From: the human T2T-CHM13v2.0 reference genome, Homo sapiens
NCBI GenBank assembly: GCA_009914755.4
Contig: CP086569.2
Location: 24,832,001-24,896,000, forward strand
DNA length: 64,000 bases
Direction of reading: 5' to 3'
The translations under genes and the position numbers were made by a program. How positions within the stretch are numbered: position 1 is the first letter of the stretch; the number at the start of each line of letters is the position of its first letter. Of this stretch, positions 60,011 to 64,000 are shown piece after piece. The notes below the pieces were generated by a model that searched no databases, was not told the origin of the DNA, and worked only from the letters and a program-made list of their open reading frames with translations.

Positions 60011-62047
60011 TAAATTTCATAAGAATTTTTATTCTATTGTAATAATATAGTGTAACATAATTTAAATGAAATCCAACACAATTAAATAAGGCTTACTCTG
60101 GAGTCCCAGAGCCTGATAGAAGCCAGCTGGGGAGTATCCTATGAGTCGTTTATGTATACTTTATTTCAGCACAGACTAGCATGACCTCTGACTTTCCCAT
60201 GATATTCAGTTCACTGTGTCACCGACCATGAATTGCTGCTGCTTCAGCACTTAAAAACCTAGTCCACATGTAGCAAGTTGTGGCCTTGAAATGTCATCCA
60301 TGAATGTTTAGGCAGTTTTCATGAATCCCGTTTTCCCATCAGGACCTATGGGGTAAAAAAGACGTTCAGTGACCCCTAGCAGCACTTCCTGGCTGGTCAT
60401 ACATGCATGCTTTCCTCCCCAGTGACCACCATGGCCCTGCACAGGAAGCTCAAAAGCAGCACCAGAGGTGATGACACTGACTTTCTTGTCAACAATGTTT
60501 CCAGAAACCAGGCTTGTCTCGAGAACATGTTGCCATTTGGAGGAAACAGGCTGGTAGATTTTTTATATAAGAGCCCAGTCCTTTCCAATTTATGTTTCTA
60601 ATACGTTGCTGTCATGTTTGCACTGTTTCTCTCAAGCACCTAAGTCAGATTTAATGACCTTTAAGGAACTGACATGGTAAGTTACTTGCAATGTATAATG
60701 TTAATGTGTGTGATATTTTTCAACTATTGAGGACCTGTCACCAAAATATGATAGACAGAATTATATGACAGGTGTTGTTGTGACATTATTTTTTCATATT
60801 ATGAGAACACTACTCATTAAAACTTGTTTTGAGTAGTTGTAGCAGTATTGCTTTCTGGGATGCAGCTATTTGTATATATGTTCTGTGCACTCCACTGGCC
60901 CTCTAGTAAACAAAGGAGCACACATAAAAATAATTTGTTGCATATATTGATTTTATTTCTTTCTCCTGCTACCATTCACCTCGTTAAGGCATTTTCACAA
61001 TTTGCTCTTGATCTTTCAGTATTGATCATTACTGTAAAAGAAACCACTGTGGGATTGAGACAGAAAAACATCCATTTATCTAAGGATTCACTTAGGTTTG
61101 TTGTGATGACATGAGTGAAGTAAAACATGCTTTAGATGTCTGAGGGATTTGGGGGCATTTGGCCACCCTCTTCCAGCCCAGGATTGGGAACAGCTTCCTT
61201 GGCGAGGAGGCTCTCTCTGTTTCCTGTGCCTGTTGTAACAAAGTACCAAAAATTTAGTGGCTTTGGACAGCAGAAATTTATTGCCTCATTTCTGAGGGCC
61301 ACTGTCTAAAATCAAGGTGTCAGTGGTGCCATGCTTCCTATGTGGGTCCTCAGGTAAAATCTGTTTGGTTTATCTCTCAGCTTCTGGAATTTCCCTGGCT
61401 TGTGGCAATGTAACGCCAGTCTTCCTGTGTCATTTTTCTCCCTGTGTGCATCTCCAAATGCTCCCTTTTTCTATATACATGAGTGGTTTTATTAGGGGCC
61501 CACCCCACTCTAAAATGACCTCTTCTGAAATAATGACATGTACATGTAAACTCTCTTTCTCAGTGAGGCCACATTCTATGGTACTGCCCCTTTGGACATC
61601 AACAAAGGAATTTTGGAGAGAAGACACTTCAACCTGTAACTGAGGTGTTATTTTAAAACTATATTTTTAAAGAAATAATTACATTGGTGTAAGATTACAT
61701 TCCAAGTTGTGAATTTCTTCTTCATATCATGGTCAGACAGTTCCACCTCCTGTTAACTTTAGCCATTTCAGCCCAGGAAAAGGACACCCCCAGCTCTAAC
61801 AAAACTTTTTCCTTTTGATGACACAGATGACTGCTCACAGTCGGGGCTGGGCATCATCTCTAACTACGCCCAGGACCGGCTACCATGTTAACTACATGCA
61901 CTGAATAAAGGCATCTGTAGCCCTTCCAAGTGTCATTTCAACTGTCTGTAGTGCTTACCTGGTGATACCTGGTGCTAATTTGCATAAAGCCCAGCCCTCT
62001 CAGCTTCCTCTCAGACCTTGAGGCCTGGTGTGAATGGCACCTCTTCT

Positions 62048-62112
62048 CCACAGGATATGTGTATGTGTGTGTGTGTGTGTGTCTATGTGTTCTGTGTGTA
62101 TGTGTTTGTGTA
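62048..62112. repeat. (GT)n/(TGTA)n short microsatellite.
   Basis: atgtgtatgtgtgtgtgtgtgtgtgtctatgtgttctgtgtgtatgtgtttgtgta. Confidence 0.9.
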
Positions 62113-63514
62113 TCATTTATTAATTGACTGTTTCTGTTCTTTGAGTTTTAGATATGAAATTTAAAAATAGAATATAATGTGAAAACAGATCTCTCGTATG
62201 TCTCTTGACAATAACAAACACAGTAAAATTAAACTGTTTTTTTTTTTCCTGCATGCACAAAACAATCTATAGGATTTACAGAATGAAATGTTGGCATTCT
62301 TCATTCCATGTGGGTATGTTAATCTGTTGTTGCTCACACTGTCATTTACAACCACTGACGTCATCTGCACCAGTTCATAGGCCATGCTGCTCTCGACCTC
62401 ATAGATGAGAACATGTGACTTTTGAACATGTACTTGAAAACTGTAGGCAAGTCCAGAAACTGGTTTGTGTCAGTATTCATTACTCCAGGGCATACCTTTA
62501 CCTTTTTAGTAAAGATAATTAACTAAAGTTTGGGTTCACAAACTAGAAGAACATGTAACACAGATGCCAGGCTCTGACACTGTACACGACACAATTTGTA
62601 TGCATGTAAAAGTTTCCATTTATGGGGCTACTTTTTTTTATTAGGGGAGAAAATATTTTGTTGAACAGCTAATTTTTAAACTAAGTTGCATACACACCAA
62701 AAAGTTTATCTGAATCATATCGAGGGTGATGTTACCTTATTTTGTAGTTATTTTTTCATTTACAATGCTTATATTCACTTTCTGATACAACTAAGATAAT
62801 TTTAAACACAGGTAATGTATTCAACTCTTCCATCAGAAATACGTGGCACATGACCAGTTTGAAGACTATTATATCAATGAACTGGTTGCTTTTTGTTTTT
62901 TATTTATAAGGAAAATATTGCCTTATTTATGTCACATATGAGATTTATTATGCTTCATGGCAAGAAGATGGAATAAATCACATCTTTACTGATGTTTATG
63001 ATTTACATATAAAAGTAAGGCATGTTCTATAATTTTTAAATTTTAAAATCTGATGATAGAATAAAGGATTCAATTTCTGTCAGGAAACTGGCCTTTTCAA
63101 GTAACTTCCTTACGCTGCACAGCTTACCTTTCAGAGGGCCTTTTCTCATCAGAACTATCTCTGTCAACTCCCTTGGCAAGCAAGTCTTCAGAGCCAGTCA
63201 AATGGGTATTTAGGAACACAACTTATGATAGTAATTAGTAGAATATTCTGGAGGCAAATTGTTTTTATATTTTCCCTCTTAGTGTTCATAGTTGATTTTA
63301 TTAGCGAACTCTAAAGAGAGCAAGGAAGCAGCCTATATAAGGGAAAACTAATTAAAATTTAATCTGAAATGTTTCCATCTGCTTTCAAATAAGTTGCTGT
63401 GCTATTAATAGAGATCATGAACTGGCAGGAATTGAGTTTTCCATGATCAAATACTCAATCTAGAATAATGGTGCCACTTGTTTATTTGGTTTGTTTGTGA
63501 TTTTATTGCTGTTG

Positions 63515-63776
63515 TTGTTGTGATGAAGTCTCGTTCTGTTGCCCAGGCTGGAGTGCAATGGAATGATATTTGCCTCACGGTTTCAAGTGTCTCTCCTGGC
63601 TCAGTCTCTGGAGTAGCTGGGACTACAGGCCCCAACACCATGTGTGCTGAATTTTTGTATTTTTAGTAGAGACAGGGATTCACCATGTTAGCCAGACTGG
63701 TCTCAAACTCCTGACCTCAGGTGATTTACCCACCTCGGCTTTCCGAAGCCCTGAGGTTACAGGTGTGAGCCACGGA
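63515..63776 (-). mobile_element. Alu, antisense. Its poly-T is replaced by (GTT)n.
   Basis: ...gttgttgttgtgatgaagtctcgttctgttgcccaggctggagtgcaatgg... ...ggtgtgagccacgg. Confidence 0.85.
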
Positions 63777-64000
63777 GAATGTCCTAGGTGGTTGATTTTA
63801 ATGTAACAATCCAAAAATAAATGTCAGAGTCAAGATTTGGTAGATAGATTTAAAACTAACATATTCTGCAGCTGGGAATGAAATGTGATAGCACATACAT
63901 TCACAGTAATTCATTTATACATTTAGAGATGTTATAAAAATGTATAGGCAGTATACACAGCAGGAGTCAAGAAGCCAAGGAAACATGTGTGCTGTGCTAA

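Overview
This window is primate, almost certainly human, nuclear DNA: AT-rich, with no supportable cellular protein-coding gene or RNA gene, and dominated by interspersed repeats. The listed ORFs are either translations of retroelement genes (L1 ORF2, ERV gag/pro/pol/env) or artefacts of microsatellites (poly-Ser, poly-Lys, poly-Leu, KERK-type and Cys/Tyr-rich 'proteins'). Nothing prokaryotic such as an operon, CRISPR array or defence system is present. Inventory: about 25 Alu/FLAM copies; old L1M fragments in both orientations; one internally deleted antisense L1 that keeps its 5'UTR; one young L1 with a twin-priming 5' inversion and intact 14-bp target-site duplications; class I (gamma-like) ERV fragments in opposite orientations at 1-5.1 kb; a HERV-K-like (class II) provirus remnant at about 8.5-14.5 kb with pro, pol and env but no gag or 5' LTR; long GAA/GGAA-type microsatellites; and a 20-bp-period minisatellite. 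The two most unusual structures are a roughly 2.4 kb imperfect palindrome (about 950-bp arms, about 90% identical, about 500-bp spacer starting with a roughly 190-bp (TTC)n tract) at 5160-7562, and a roughly 3.1 kb highly degenerate interstitial telomere-like array with CCCTAA on the + strand only at about 18905-21990.
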